Origin: Lewinellaceae bacterium
GTDB lineage: Bacteria; Bacteroidota; Bacteroidia; Chitinophagales; Saprospiraceae
Direction of reading: 5' to 3'
Length of the DNA stretch: 64,000 nucleotides
NCBI GenBank assembly: GCA_020636405.1
Contig: JACJXW010000009.1
Span: 204,641 to 268,640, forward strand
Every line of letters starts with the position of its first letter. The stretch's first letter is position 1. This document shows positions 48,755-57,613 of this stretch, in pieces. The notes below the pieces were generated by a model. It saw nothing but the letters and a program-made list of their open reading frames with translations, did no database searches and had not been told where the DNA came from. Position numbers and translations under genes: made by a program.

Positions 48755-49414
48755 TCACCTCAACGCCCCAAACCCAATCCCCGTACTATTCCCCACGCCC
48801 ACTTCCCAGGCGAAGGCCACGGCACTGGGATCGCCGGAAACGATCACCGGGCAGGCGCTGGCGCGGATATCTATACCTTTGTAGTTGATCATTTTAGTTT
48901 TGGGGAAGGGGTAGGATTTATCAAAAGCCACTCGGGCATCCTCAGTGAGCCCGGCGCGGCGCAGCTTGTGTTGAAAGGTTTCCGTAAGCAAGCCGTCAGC
49001 TTCCTCGTCGGAATAGTAATAATACCGGTAGCTGTCATCCTCTTCTCTTGGCCGTTTGATCAATACCGGGCTTTGCACCAAAAAACGTTGTTTTTCTCCG
49101 AACTCCGGCGTGCGTTGAATGGTGACTTCTTTGACTTCCATTCCCCAACGAACCCGCCAGCCGTTTTGTACGCCTTCCAAGAGGGCGGACAGCATTTGGT
49201 GGCTCGGGGCGCTGATATAAAAGGTACTGCCCCCGGGAAAGTCCAGCCCTCCCCGGCGCGGGTGGCTATTGCTCAGCCACGAAAGCGAGTACAACGAAAT
49301 ATCATCGTGCAGTTCATTCTCTCCCAGCCACCGGTGGAAGGCGCCGACCAACGCGGCCTGATAATTGAATGGGACGATCTCCGTATTCGGAGAGAGGTGG
49401 AAATATATTCGCAT
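48755..49414 (-). CDS. cas6: Cas6 pre-crRNA endoribonuclease
   Basis: 219 aa. C-terminal glycine-rich loop GVGNSTGIGFGAL and an N-terminal RAMP-like beginning (MRIYFHLSPN...VPFNYQ). Confidence 0.75.
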   Translation of the reverse strand: MRIYFHLSPNTEIVPFNYQAALVGAFHRWLGENELHDDISLYSLSWLSNSHPRRGGLDFPGGSTFYISAPSHQMLSALLEGVQNGWRVRWGMEVKEVTIQRTPEFGEKQRFLVQSPVLIKRPREEDDSYRYYYYSDEEADGLLTETFQHKLRRAGLTEDARVAFDKSYPFPKTKMINYKGIDIRASACPVIVSGDPSAVAFAWEVGVGNSTGIGFGALR

Positions 49415-49481
49415 ATTTCAGTTTAATTAAGTTTCAAAACAAATATAGGGGCGAGGCTGGGGGGAAAATCGCCCTACCCCC

Positions 49482-50393
49482 CTATTGGGCGTTTAATTTT
49501 CCCAAAATTTTTTTCGCTTCCTCTTTTACGCGTTCTCGCAGCTCAACGGGATAAATGATGTCCACATGCTGCGCATTACTCATGATGAAATTCTGTATCC
49601 CCTTGAATTCGTGGTTCACTGAACACTGGAGCTCAAAGGTATTGGACTCTGTACCGGGATCGATGTAAGTGATGGTAAGGGGGAACTCTTCGGTGAGTGA
49701 ATTGTAGGCAAAGACATCCAGGTGAAGGTGCACGGGAACCTGATCGTTATCGGCAATTCGAAAAACATCGGTGATCTTGGCCCGGTGGTCATTCTTGTAT
49801 TGCCAGGGCTGGCCGGTTAAATGGACCCGCTCTATACGGGACAAACGATAATGACGGGAATCCTTTTGTTCCACATCATAGGCCTGAAGGGTGTCCTTTT
49901 CCGGATCTACGTGGAAGGGTTCCACCAGGCGGTCCCTGATTTGGTTACTCCGGCTCCGATAATTTTCCAGAATCACCTGCTCCCGATTTTTCAGAGCGGC
50001 TGCCAGGCGGTCAATACGATCCAATGCAGGTTTCCGCAGTGCTCTGAGCCCCAACCGCTGAAAATCGTAAAGGCTTTCTAATTTTCTCCGGAGATAAATG
50101 GCTTCACGTTTGGGTACGAAATCAAGGGCGCGGGCAATGCGGCTTTTGTCTTCATCAGAAAGAGGCTGCAGGTGGCGCAGTTCTTTAAATTCCCGGTCAG
50201 GTAGAATGGCGAGGCGATGCTGATTTTCATCATCGTATTCGATGGACAGCCCTATATTGCGGAAGGCAGCTATATCTTCATTGATGGCATCTTTGCTTAC
50301 ACCAAAGTATTGAGCCAGATCGCGGCGCGTGTAGCGATATGGATAGGACAAAATGCGTAACAATACTTTTATCACTCTTTCTCGAGGTGTCAT
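49482..50393 (-). CDS. HTH plus WYL-domain transcriptional regulator heading the cas operon
   Basis: N-terminal wHTH (YTRRDLAQYFGVSKDAINEDIAAFRNIGL). WYL-like core (HYRLSRIERVHLTGQPW). Start set to ATG 50393. Confidence 0.72.
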   Translation of the reverse strand: MTPRERVIKVLLRILSYPYRYTRRDLAQYFGVSKDAINEDIAAFRNIGLSIEYDDENQHRLAILPDREFKELRHLQPLSDEDKSRIARALDFVPKREAIYLRRKLESLYDFQRLGLRALRKPALDRIDRLAAALKNREQVILENYRSRSNQIRDRLVEPFHVDPEKDTLQAYDVEQKDSRHYRLSRIERVHLTGQPWQYKNDHRAKITDVFRIADNDQVPVHLHLDVFAYNSLTEEFPLTITYIDPGTESNTFELQCSVNHEFKGIQNFIMSNAQHVDIIYPVELRERVKEEAKKILGKLNAQ

Positions 50394-50532
50394 AGCGCTT
50401 TGGTCATTTAGCGTTGGGCTTTTTCTCCAATTGCCTAAAGCTAACCATTTCCACCCATAAACGAAATACTTGTTCCCAGCTTTTTGACAGTCCAGGCAAT
50501 GGTGGGTTGTGGCAAAGCCCGTCCTCGCTTTA

Positions 50533-51066
50533 TTATTTGGCGGCAAAGGAGTCTTCTTCGATCAGGACCGGGTCAATCAGGTTGAGGTTGACGCGTTCCA
50601 GGTGTGCTATGAAGTTCTTTTGAAAAAGAGAACCGGTGCGGCCTTCCTGTTTTCTAATCGCCTGGGAATATCCAAGGAAGAGGCGCCGAAACCGTTCGCT
50701 TACCCATAGAGCGGCTTCTTTTTCGCGATCGTCCCGGGAGGCGCCATGCCCGGGGGTAGGGATTCCATCCCTAGCCCAATGGGCGCCCAGGGTAGGGATG
50801 GAATCCCTTTTATCCCCCGGCATGGCGCCCTTTTTATCCCCAAGAACAACCGCCTCCTCCTTCACCCGCACCAGCAGGTGAAAATGGTTGGGCAGCAGGC
50901 AGTAGCAATACGTATCCAGCACCGGCGACATATATTCGAAATACTTTCGCAGGAAATAGGCGTAATTGCGTTCCTGGTAAAAAAGGTTGTCCCCGTTGTT
51001 GCCCCGGTTGAAAACGTGGAAAAAACGGCCGGGTAGGAGAGGGGGATAGTATTTTTTGGGTTTCAT
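50533..51066 (-). mobile_element. IS200-like Y1 (HUH) transposase / REP-associated tyrosine transposase (RAYT)-like gene, probably decayed
   Basis: FHVFNRGNNGDNLFYQERNYAYFL and LLPNHFHLLV (HUH). The C-terminal part is interrupted by a 30-codon palindrome-encoded insert. The expected R-Y-I-H-x-N-P Tyr motif reads RVNLNLIDP. Confidence 0.65.
50740..50829. repeat. 90-bp nested palindrome inserted in-frame in the RAYT-like ORF
   Basis: Outer arms GGCGCCATGCCCGGGGG / CCCCCGGCATGGCGCC. Inner inverted mini-hairpins AGGGATTCCATCCCT and AGGGATGGAATCCCT. Confidence 0.85.
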
Positions 51067-51115
51067 GGTGGTGGTGATAAATTAATGGTCAAAGAATGCT
51101 GTTCGCCATCCACGG

Positions 51116-51153
51116 CCAGGGATTCCATCCCAGCCGAGGGATGGAATCCCTGG
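51116..51153. repeat. REP-like hairpin sharing the GGGATTCCATCCC core (16-bp perfect stem)
   Basis: CCAGGGATTCCATCCC-AGCCGA-GGGATGGAATCCCTGG. Lies between the RAYT-like gene start and the stop of the HTH gene. Confidence 0.85.
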
Positions 51154-51157
51154 CGCC

Positions 51158-51367
51158 TTACCCCTCCCAATCCGCCAGCAACTCCGCCGGGCGGACCTCC
51201 AGCAGCTCGGCCACTTCGAACAATGTTTCCAGGCTCGGCTGCTGTACATTACGGCACCACCTGGACACTGTAATCTCATTTTTGCCCAGTTGTTCGGCCA
51301 GCCATTTGCCGGTTCGCTTTTTCTGTTTAAGTACTCTTTTGATCCTGTTGTATTTCTTTATCTCCAT
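51158..51367 (-). CDS. Small XRE-family HTH protein (69 aa)
   Basis: RIKRVLKQKKRTGKWLAEQLGKNEITVSRWCRNVQQPSLETLFEVAELLEV, typical HTH_3. Confidence 0.7.
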   Translation of the reverse strand: MEIKKYNRIKRVLKQKKRTGKWLAEQLGKNEITVSRWCRNVQQPSLETLFEVAELLEVRPAELLADWEG

Positions 51368-51565
51368 GCACTCCGGAATTGTCTCCCAAAGTATTTAAAA
51401 TGGGCAAGATTGGCAAAGTGTGAACATTTTACGACTGTTTTACTTGCATTATAGTCTAAATGCGACTATATTTGTTTTTGTTATTTGCATGCAAACCCAA
51501 ACCCAACCGCTGCAACAGTACACCAGATAGGCATTTAATCCATAACTTCTAAATCCTGTTGCATT

Positions 51566-52030
51566 ATGAGAACGATGGCATCGGGGCATGGCCACAGCCT
51601 GCCCCTTCTTTTCCTGTTGTTACTGTCCGTACTGCTTTTTGCCGGGTACCGGTCCTGTTCCGGGATGAGAACCGGGAACGGAGAGCCGGGCGGAACGGCC
51701 CACCTCAGCCCGCAAACGCCAAAGACAGGCGGCGGCGCCGGCGCGGGCATCGCCACCCTGGCCCTGGCCAAAGCGCCCCGGCATGTCCGCCAGCTGGTGG
51801 CCCACCTGAAAAGCGCGAAGGGCCTGCTGCCGCCCAAAGGATACAAAGGGGGCCGGCTGTTCCGCAACCGGGAGGGCCTGTTGCCGAAAGGGAAAACCTA
51901 TTATGAGTTCGACGTCCACCCTTTCCGCCCGGGCATTTCAAGGGGAGGGGAGCGGCTGGTCGTAGATCAGAAAAAAAACGTATTTTACTACACCAAAGAC
52001 CACTATGGCAGTTTCGTCAAAATCAAATGA
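51566..52030 (+). CDS. Secreted barnase-family (N1/T1/microbial) ribonuclease
   Basis: The C-terminal half aligns with barnase as I recall it: GGRLFRNREGLLPKGKTYYEFDV / GGDIFSNREGKLPGKSGRTWREADI, and YYTKDHYGSFVKIK / YKTTDHYQTFTKIR (catalytic Glu and His contexts kept). Hydrophobic signal sequence. Confidence 0.88.
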   Translation: MRTMASGHGHSLPLLFLLLLSVLLFAGYRSCSGMRTGNGEPGGTAHLSPQTPKTGGGAGAGIATLALAKAPRHVRQLVAHLKSAKGLLPPKGYKGGRLFRNREGLLPKGKTYYEFDVHPFRPGISRGGERLVVDQKKNVFYYTKDHYGSFVKIK

Positions 52031-52031
52031 A

Positions 52032-52259
52032 ATGAACAAGAAAGAATTCCTCCAACTGCTGGGCGCCGCCTACGGCTTTCCCGATTACTTCTCCCTCAAC
52101 CTGGATTCGGCCGAAGAGATTGTCGAGGACCTGAAAGAGGAGGGCGAAAAGGGCCAACTTTCCCTGCAGCCTTTCTTCGATGCACTACTGGCCGGAGAAC
52201 CAATGGAGGAACGGAAAAAGATCTGGGCTTTCCTGGCGGAACATTTCGCGATGGAGTAG
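52032..52259 (+). CDS. Barstar-like RNase inhibitor
   Basis: YGFPDYFSLNLDSAEEIV resembles barstar LALPEYYGENLDALWDCL. The ATG lies 1 nt after the RNase stop codon. Confidence 0.7.
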   Translation: MNKKEFLQLLGAAYGFPDYFSLNLDSAEEIVEDLKEEGEKGQLSLQPFFDALLAGEPMEERKKIWAFLAEHFAME

Positions 52260-52290
52260 ATCGAAAACCGATGCGCATGGGTGAGGGTTA

Positions 52291-53552
52291 AAGTGGGACG
52301 GCCCTTTCGCGTAACAAAAGGGCCAGTTCCAGGGCGGCTTTTTTGGGCACTGCCCGGAGCCCCTGCCCGGCAGCTACCACCGGGCAATGGACAGCTCCAA
52401 AGCGGCCACAAACGCCCTTTTTCCCCAAAGGAAAGCGTTGGGCAGAAGACAAGGACAACAGGGCCATTTCCTGCTGTTGAGGGCAAGGAACGTGCCTTGG
52501 CGGTTTCCTGCCAGGAGCCGAGACAACCTGCAAAACCATGGCAACCGGCACTTCAGGCGAAGGGCCATGGCCCCGCTTAAATCCGGAAACCGGCACAGCA
52601 CCTGAAAAAGGGCAATCCCGGACATCAAGGGCAGGCGCCAATACCTCTCGCTACCCGGTAATACCAGGCGGAAAAGCGCCGCCTATGGAGCTTCCAGCGT
52701 TTTTTGGTACTTTTTTGCGCGACAAAAAAGTGCAAACGGCTTTCTTGGAGCGAAGCAGAACAGGAATGTGCAGTGTACCAAGGGGAAGTTCCCGGCCCTA
52801 AGGGGCTGCCCTCCTGGCATCAGCGAAACGAGTGCCCCGGAACTCGTCCTCGCCTTAGGCGAAAGGGCCGTCGGAAGCGACCGCAGGGAGTCCCGTACCG
52901 ACAGCGGAGGTCGGGATCGGAAGTCAAACGGCCCTTTCGCGTAACAAAAGGGCCAGTTCCAGGGCGGCTTTTTTGGGCACTGCCCGGAGCCCCTGCCCGG
53001 CAGCTACCACCGGGCAATGGACAGCTCCAAAGCGGCCACAAACGCCCTTTTTCCCCAAAGGAAAGCGTTTGGCAGAAGACAAGGACAACAGGGCCATTTC
53101 CTGCTGTTGAGGGCAAGGAACGTGCCTTGGCGGTTTCCTGCCAGGAGCCGAGACAACCTGCAAAACCATGGCAACCGGCACTTCAGGCGAAGGGCTATGG
53201 CCCCGCTTAAATCCGGAAACCGGCACAGCACCTGAAAAAGGGCAATCCCGGACATTAAGGGCAGGCGCCAATACCTCTCGCTACCCGGTAATACCAGGCG
53301 TAAAAGCGCCGCCTGTGGAGCTTCCAGCGTTTTTTGGCCCTTTTTTGCGCGACAAAAAAGGGCAAACGGCTTTCTTGGAGCGAAGCAGAACAGGAATGTG
53401 CAGTGTACCAAGGGGAAGTTCCCGGCCCTAAGGGGCTGCCCTCCTGGCATCAGCGAAACGAGTGCCCCGGAACTCGCCCTCGCCTTACGTGAAAGGGCCG
53501 TCGGAAGCGACCGCAGGGAGTCCCGTACCGACAGCGGAGGTCGGGATCGGAA
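52291..53552. repeat. Two near-identical tandem copies of a 630-bp GC-rich, hairpin-dense, apparently non-coding unit
   Basis: 52301 aligns with 52931 at an exact 630-nt offset. Only a handful of substitutions. The core is related to 25625-25850 in inverted orientation. Confidence 0.9.
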
Positions 53553-53743
53553 ATCGGAAATCGGAATGGCTTTGGGCGTTCCGCAACTCTTTGGTTATCA
53601 ATAGTTTGTAGCCTTAGAAGGGTGGTAGCCAGAGGATACAGAAAGTTGATCTATCTCCCCCAAGTTTCACAACCGATGAATGCTTCGCTTTGCATTGTCC
53701 TATCCTGGCCGCAAGCGTCAGGACTCCCGCCTTCCCACTTCCC

Positions 53744-54304
53744 TCACCCCTTCTTCTTCGCGATCGCGTCCCGTATCCTGGCGGCGCTCTCAAAGTCCTC
53801 CTTGTTCAGCAACTGTTGGAGGAGGCGTTCCAGCTCTTCGAGGGTGTAGTCCGACAGTTGGCCTCGTTTGTTGGAGAAGGCTTTGCTGGGGTTATCCAGC
53901 ATGATGCTGGCCGACTGCATGACGGCCTCGGTGGTGTAGATGGGGCAGGCGAAACGGACGGCAAGAGCAATAGCGTCGGAGGTACGGGCATCGACGGACA
54001 AGGGGCTGCCGTCGGCCTTTGTGCCGATGACCCGGGCGTGGAAGACGCCGTCTATTACATCAGAAATGAGTACTTCGGTGAGTTCCACGCCCGAGGCGTC
54101 CAGGGTGTTTTTAAATAGGTCGTGCGTCATCGGGCGGGGGGGCTGAAGCCGCTCCAGGTAGATGGCAATGGCCTGGGCTTCGAAGGGGCCGATGATGACG
54201 GGCAGGCGCCGGAAGCTGTCCTGCTCCTCCAGGATGAGGGCAAAGTTTCCGGGATTGGACTCGCTGTTCGCCAGGGCGATGATATTCAGTTCTATTTTTT
54301 TCAT
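53744..54304 (-). CDS. Bifunctional nuclease (BFN/DUF151) domain protein with a C-terminal UVR motif
   Basis: RRLPVIIGPFEAQAIAI...PRPMTHDL...VIDGVFHA family pattern. C-terminal LEELERLLQQLLNKEDFESAARIRDAI (UvrB/C motif). Confidence 0.78.
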   Translation of the reverse strand: MKKIELNIIALANSESNPGNFALILEEQDSFRRLPVIIGPFEAQAIAIYLERLQPPRPMTHDLFKNTLDASGVELTEVLISDVIDGVFHARVIGTKADGSPLSVDARTSDAIALAVRFACPIYTTEAVMQSASIMLDNPSKAFSNKRGQLSDYTLEELERLLQQLLNKEDFESAARIRDAIAKKKG

Positions 54305-54332
54305 ATAGTGCGATGCACAAAACCTGGTGATG

Positions 54333-54953
54333 CTACGACAAATTTTCCACGATCACAAAGGCCCCGTACCCTATACAGAGTAAGGAAGACAGTAAGGCCA
54401 GCGCCAGCTGCAGGCTTTCGTTGCCGGTGATCCTCCGGGAAAACGGCAGGCTGAACAATCCCGCCGCCACCAGCATGCCCGCTACGGAACCGACCCCAAA
54501 GATAAGCAAATACATCATGCTATTGAAACTGCCCTGGATCTCCGTCATCACCAGCAGGATCATGGCCCCGCTGCCGGCCAGGCCGTGGACAAACCCAACG
54601 CCATAGGCCAGGTGGTGGTTGCTCCGCTCGTCGATCCACTGGGACGGGCGCCGGCGCCGGTTGTAATACTGGTAAAGGCGGAATAGGCCCAACCCGACGA
54701 GCATCAGGCCCACCAGCGCTTCGAAGTAGCTGAAGTACCCGTCGAAGAAGGCCACTCTGCCCACAATGATGAGCAGGCCGATCAGAAAGATGGTCGAGGT
54801 ATGGCCGAAACCCCAGTAGATGCCATCCTTGATGGCCAGGGCCATCTTGTCTCGTTTGGTGACGATGTTGCTCACCGCTACCAGATGGTCGGCTTCGAAA
54901 GCATGGCTGAAACCGACGACGGCGGCAAACAGCAGGGGAAAGGAGGTATCCAT
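54333..54953 (-). CDS. Putative Ni2+/Co2+ transporter-like membrane protein (H-x4-D-H motif)
   Basis: 206 aa, about 6 TM. SHAFEADHL near the N-terminus fits the HX4DH signature of nickel/cobalt permease-like families. FVHGLAGSGA. Neighbourhood of hyp genes. Confidence 0.55.
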   Translation of the reverse strand: MDTSFPLLFAAVVGFSHAFEADHLVAVSNIVTKRDKMALAIKDGIYWGFGHTSTIFLIGLLIIVGRVAFFDGYFSYFEALVGLMLVGLGLFRLYQYYNRRRRPSQWIDERSNHHLAYGVGFVHGLAGSGAMILLVMTEIQGSFNSMMYLLIFGVGSVAGMLVAAGLFSLPFSRRITGNESLQLALALLSSLLCIGYGAFVIVENLS

Positions 54954-54963
54954 AGCTGGCGAT

Positions 54964-56085
54964 TTAAAAATTCAGGAAATTGAAAACGATGCGGTGGTTG
55001 CCGGTATCGGCGGCCACCAGGGTGTTGCCTTCTATACAGGCCTGGAAAGGCCAGTAAAGGCTGCCCTCGGTGCTCCAGATGGTGTTCTTGTTCTCACTGC
55101 CGGTGGTGAAGTCGTCCTGTCCCAGCAGGTTGTCGGCGGGGGTGTTGTGGGCAGTGGGCACCTGCTCGAACCACAGTATCCGGCTGTTGCCAGTATCGGC
55201 CACCCACAGGCCGTCCTGGTAAAAGCAGGTATCGTAACACCAGTTCAGGGTATGGGCTTTGGGGAACAGGTTGAACTGGTTCTGGCCGTTGCCCTCAAAG
55301 GAAGGTTGGCCGATGATCACGTCGGCCTTCCGGTGAAAGGCCGTTGTCCAGTCGTTCCACAGCAGCACGCGGTAGTACTGGGTGTCGGTGATGGCCATCT
55401 GCCCGCGCGGGCCGATCTTGACGGAGTAGGGCCAGATGGGGTCTTCATGGCTGTAGTCCCGCTCCTCGAAGTGGGGCTTGCCGACCACCTGGTTTGCCGG
55501 GGCGAAGTTGGCGGTGGGAATGTGTTCGTAGTAGAGGGCCCGGCGGTTGCCGGTATCGGCGACCCACAGTTGCCGGCCGTCGGAAAAGACGCCGTAGGGC
55601 CAGTTCATGGACCGGGCGGAGGGGAGGCTGCCGACCCCTTTCACATTGGGCTCATTGCTGGTGAAATCGGGCTGCCCGATGACCACGTCGGCGGGCTGTC
55701 CGTCGCGGGTGGGCATGTTGTGCCAGATCAGCACGCGGTGGTTCCAGGCATCGGCAATGATCAGTTTTTTACCATCCGACCAGATGCCCGAAGGGTAGAA
55801 AAGGCTGGAGGCGTTTACCTTGCCCCCGGAATTCCTGCCCGTGTCGGCCTTTGCCGGCTGCCCCAGCACCACATCGGCCGGTTGGAAGTTGGACTCCGGC
55901 AGCTCGCGCCAGAGGAATACCCGGTTTTGGGCCGTGTCGGCGACCAGTAGCTGCCCGGCGGCCAGGAAGACACCCCGGGGCGCCAGGAACGGGCTGTCAG
56001 CCGCCCCTTCGAATATCCGCGTTTTGCTCACCAGGGGCGCGAGCGGCTCAGTTGCCAAATTCGAGCCGTTGCCTTTCAAGGTCAT
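54964..56085 (-). CDS. NHL-repeat beta-propeller protein
   Basis: Six repeats of ...L[WY]VADTGN.R[IV]L.[WF]... (e.g. LLVADTAQNRVFLW, LIIADAWNHRVLIW, LWVADTGNRRALYY). Confidence 0.7.
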   Translation of the reverse strand: MTLKGNGSNLATEPLAPLVSKTRIFEGAADSPFLAPRGVFLAAGQLLVADTAQNRVFLWRELPESNFQPADVVLGQPAKADTGRNSGGKVNASSLFYPSGIWSDGKKLIIADAWNHRVLIWHNMPTRDGQPADVVIGQPDFTSNEPNVKGVGSLPSARSMNWPYGVFSDGRQLWVADTGNRRALYYEHIPTANFAPANQVVGKPHFEERDYSHEDPIWPYSVKIGPRGQMAITDTQYYRVLLWNDWTTAFHRKADVIIGQPSFEGNGQNQFNLFPKAHTLNWCYDTCFYQDGLWVADTGNSRILWFEQVPTAHNTPADNLLGQDDFTTGSENKNTIWSTEGSLYWPFQACIEGNTLVAADTGNHRIVFNFLNF

Positions 56086-56449
56086 CTATTTTGATTTTTA
56101 TGATGGTTGCGATCGATAGTGCTCTTTCCTTCGCCTGCTGTGCTTTTTCCCCTTCGAAAAATTCGTCCACCGTTTCGTTGAAAAGGGACAGCCAGCGGCG
56201 GAAGTGCTGCTCTTCCAGTCGGTGCTGCCTGTTTAGCTCCAGGTGTTTCTCTAAAGTATTGCCCCGGTATTTGCCGGCCTGGAACAAGACGCTCTCCCAG
56301 AAGTCGTACAGAATGGGCAGGTGCTCCGCCAGGTTGATCCGGGCGGTTATCAGGAAGATGTCTTTCATGAGTTCGTCTTCCAGAAGCTTGTCGTAGAAGG
56401 CATTGACCAGGGTGGCGATGTCTTCCCGGCTTTGTATGTCTTTTTTCAT
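56048..56449 (-). CDS. Group III truncated-haemoglobin-like globin
   Basis: 133 aa. LVNAFYDKLLEDELMKDIF...HLPILYDFWESVLF...YRGN...H family pattern. Confidence 0.65.
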   Translation of the reverse strand: MKKDIQSREDIATLVNAFYDKLLEDELMKDIFLITARINLAEHLPILYDFWESVLFQAGKYRGNTLEKHLELNRQHRLEEQHFRRWLSLFNETVDEFFEGEKAQQAKERALSIATIIKIKIDDLERQRLEFGN

Positions 56450-56512
56450 GGGCTGAGGTTTCGTGCTGGCTGCCGCTTCCGCCTCCTGTGAATTCTGGAG
56501 GAAGGGGGGCGG

Positions 56513-57613
56513 TCAGGAGGATTGCGCTACGAGGCCTGAAAAGTGGTAGTAGGCCGCACAGGCCCCTTCCGAGCTGACCATGGGCGCCCCCAGCGGATTT
56601 TCCGGCTTGCAGGCCGTCCCGAAGTTGGGGCAGTCGAAGGGCTTTTTGATGCCCTTCATGATCTCGCCGGCAATGCAGGCCTCATTTTCGGGCGCTTCCG
56701 GGATGTCGATATTGAATTTCCTTTTGGCATCGAAATCGCCGTACTTCGCTTTAACCTCATAACCGCTCATGGGGATGACCTCCATGCCGCGCCACAGGCG
56801 GTCGGTGACTTCGAAGACCTCGTAGATGGTGTCCTGCGCCATAGGGTTGCCTTCTTCGCGAACCATGCGGGCGTATTGGTTTTCGACTTTGGCCTCCCCT
56901 CGTTCCAGCTGGCGGACGGCCATGAGGATGCCCTGGAGCAGGTCGACCGGTTCGAAGCCGGTGACCACGATCGGCACCTTGAACCGTTCGACGAGCGGAT
57001 AGTACTCGAGGGTGCCCATGATGGTACAGACGTGGCCGGCCGCCAGGAAGGCCTGGATGTGGCTTTCCTCGTCTTCCATGACCGCTTCGATGGCCGGCGG
57101 TACCAGTACGTGGGAGGCGAGGATGGAATAGTTCTGAAGGCCCAGCCGGTGAGCATGAACAACCGAGAGCGCATTAGCGGGGGCGGTCGTCTCGAAACCG
57201 ACGGCAAAGAAAACGACCTGCCTGTCCGGATTCTGCCGGGCGATCTTCACGGCTTCCAGCGGCGAGTACAGGATGCGGATATCTGCTCCGTTGGCCTTGG
57301 CCGTCAGCAGGCTCTTCTCCGATCCCGGCACCCGGAGCATGTCTCCAAAGGAACAGAGGATGACGCCCTTCTCTTCCGCCAGGAAGATGGCCTTGTCGAT
57401 GAGGTTCAACGGGGTGACGCAGACCGGGCAGCCCGGGCCGTGCACCATATTGACCTCGGGAGGCAGGCTGTCCAGGATGCCGTTCTTGACCAGGCTGTGG
57501 GTCTGCCCGCCGCAGACTTCCATGATCGTCCAGGGCCGGGTGACTGCCTTTTTGATCTCTTCCAGATAGCGGTGCGCCACTTCCGGGTCGCGGTATTCTT
57601 TAAGGAATTTCAT
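56513..57613 (-). CDS. hypD: [NiFe]-hydrogenase maturation protein HypD
   Basis: [13 protein letters not shown]...[11 protein letters not shown]...[10 protein letters not shown]...FETTAP..., the canonical HypD motifs. Confidence 0.92.
   Translation of the reverse strand: MKFLKEYRDPEVAHRYLEEIKKAVTRPWTIMEVCGGQTHSLVKNGILDSLPPEVNMVHGPGCPVCVTPLNLIDKAIFLAEEKGVILCSFGDMLRVPGSEKSLLTAKANGADIRILYSPLEAVKIARQNPDRQVVFFAVGFETTAPANALSVVHAHRLGLQNYSILASHVLVPPAIEAVMEDEESHIQAFLAAGHVCTIMGTLEYYPLVERFKVPIVVTGFEPVDLLQGILMAVRQLERGEAKVENQYARMVREEGNPMAQDTIYEVFEVTDRLWRGMEVIPMSGYEVKAKYGDFDAKRKFNIDIPEAPENEACIAGEIMKGIKKPFDCPNFGTACKPENPLGAPMVSSEGACAAYYHFSGLVAQSS

Noticed and set aside
51535-51941. Minus-strand ORFs (51535-51867, 51620-51919, 51705-51941) opposite the barnase gene
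   Set aside because: They are antisense to a gene with strong barnase similarity, and they are Arg/Pro/Gly-rich with no motifs.
52085-53450. Numerous 60-168-aa ORFs in both directions inside the 630-bp tandem repeats (for example 52704-53210)
   Set aside because: Pro/Arg/Gly-rich low complexity, mutually overlapping on both strands, and duplicated only because the DNA is duplicated. A non-coding interpretation is preferred.
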